A stretch of 63,735 bases of DNA, the filler included, from Basidiobolus meristosporus CBS 931.73 (lineage: Eukaryota > Fungi > Basidiobolomycota), in NCBI GenBank assembly GCA_002104905.1. It is 3 parts of 3 records of this genome, joined end to end, with 100 filler letters (N's around TTAATTAATTAA, not from the genome) between each part and the next. Parts side by side here need not be neighbours in the genome. Positions count along the whole stretch, not along the records: positions 56,224 to 63,735 come from MCFE01001353.1; 2 more parts are not named here. One strand, 5' to 3'. A program made the position numbers and the translations under genes. The notes under the pieces are model-generated. The model was given only the letters and a program-made list of their open reading frames with translations, was not told the origin of the DNA and did no database searches. Positions 62,884 through 63,735 of the stretch are shown here, one piece after another. The first letter of the stretch is position 1. Each line of letters begins with the position of its first letter.

Positions 62884-63735
62884 TACTTGGACCATTGATC
62901 ATTCATACTCATCATTGCTCGATAATTTGGAATACCGTGACTAGAGGCAATACAACACCAGAATAAACATTGACATATCATCCAATAACAGCATAGTATA
63001 AATATAATAGATTATATTAGAATACTACAGTAGCAAGTAGCGGTTTGATAGATAAGGATTTAGCGAATACTCAAGTACATACATTCGGCTCCTTCGCCGT
63101 GAATTGCCACGAAATATAAGCTATAATGGTCGCTTCTTTGCTCAATATAACGCAAGTCATATTTAAGCCTTCTTCCCCAAGATTCGTAGCTGAAATATAG
63201 TACAAGAAATCTTTTGTATGTATCGTACTACTGTGAACAAATTTCTAATAGACGGGCTTTAGCTAGAGTAAACCGATTCTTAGTGGGCTGCTTTATTATG
63301 GTAAATGATACTTTGTTAATGGCTCCTCATCCTGGTCCTAAATCCAATTCTCGGTTATTTTAGTTGGACTATGAAGAAAAAGATCAAAATCCCTGCATTC
63401 AATACATGAAATTTAGGAGGAAGAGAATAGAAGGTAAGATTACTATACTATTATCGGTATAAATCGAGGGTAAAAGGTATTTTATATATATAAGGAGCCT
63501 GAATTCACCATCATACATAGCACATTTACTGAAAATGATACATAGGTATACAAAGCTGGAAATATGCAGATAGCCAGTAGGATCATCAAGACGATTTGAT
63601 AGCAATAATACCCATAACCTTAAACAGTGAAAGGAGGCAGGAGTGAATACCTAAGAGATGTAAGGATCCGAATATATTGCTGGGTACTATAGAGAGGCTA
63701 AAATATTTCAAGCAGGATGCGTGCTGGGTAGGAAA

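Overview
Eukaryotic, almost certainly fungal, scaffold: short GT-AG introns of about 40-70 nt and genes typical of fungi. The gene set suggests an early-diverging lineage such as a Basidiobolus-like zoopagomycete, but that is inference only. CpG-rich gene islands alternate with CpG-depleted transposon fields. Two 100-bp N gaps (25979-26078, 56124-56223) carry an artificial TTAATTAATTAA linker, so adjacency across them is unproven. Housekeeping content: U1 snRNA, a forkhead transcription factor, TAD1/ADAT1, a BAG6-like UBL protein, PRO3, TES1 and a C2H2 zinc-finger gene. Mobile content: an RT-deleted Ty1/copia element with a half-tRNAiMet primer site and at least seven further LTR copies, chromovirus LTR/integrase remnants, and an APE-RT LINE. 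Most striking: (1) a tandem array (56.2-63.7 kb) of at least five near-identical genes for a small secreted protein with two Cys-closed amphipathic repeats, interleaved with three identical tRNA-Pro(CGG) genes, one with a solo-LTR-like insertion 11 bp upstream; (2) a secreted peptide matching the arthropod pacifastin protease-inhibitor motif; (3) a Cla4-like PH-CRIB protein with no kinase domain; (4) further effector-like secreted genes (DUF3472-like, tandem CBM19-like). All family assignments come from motif recognition by eye; no database searches were run.
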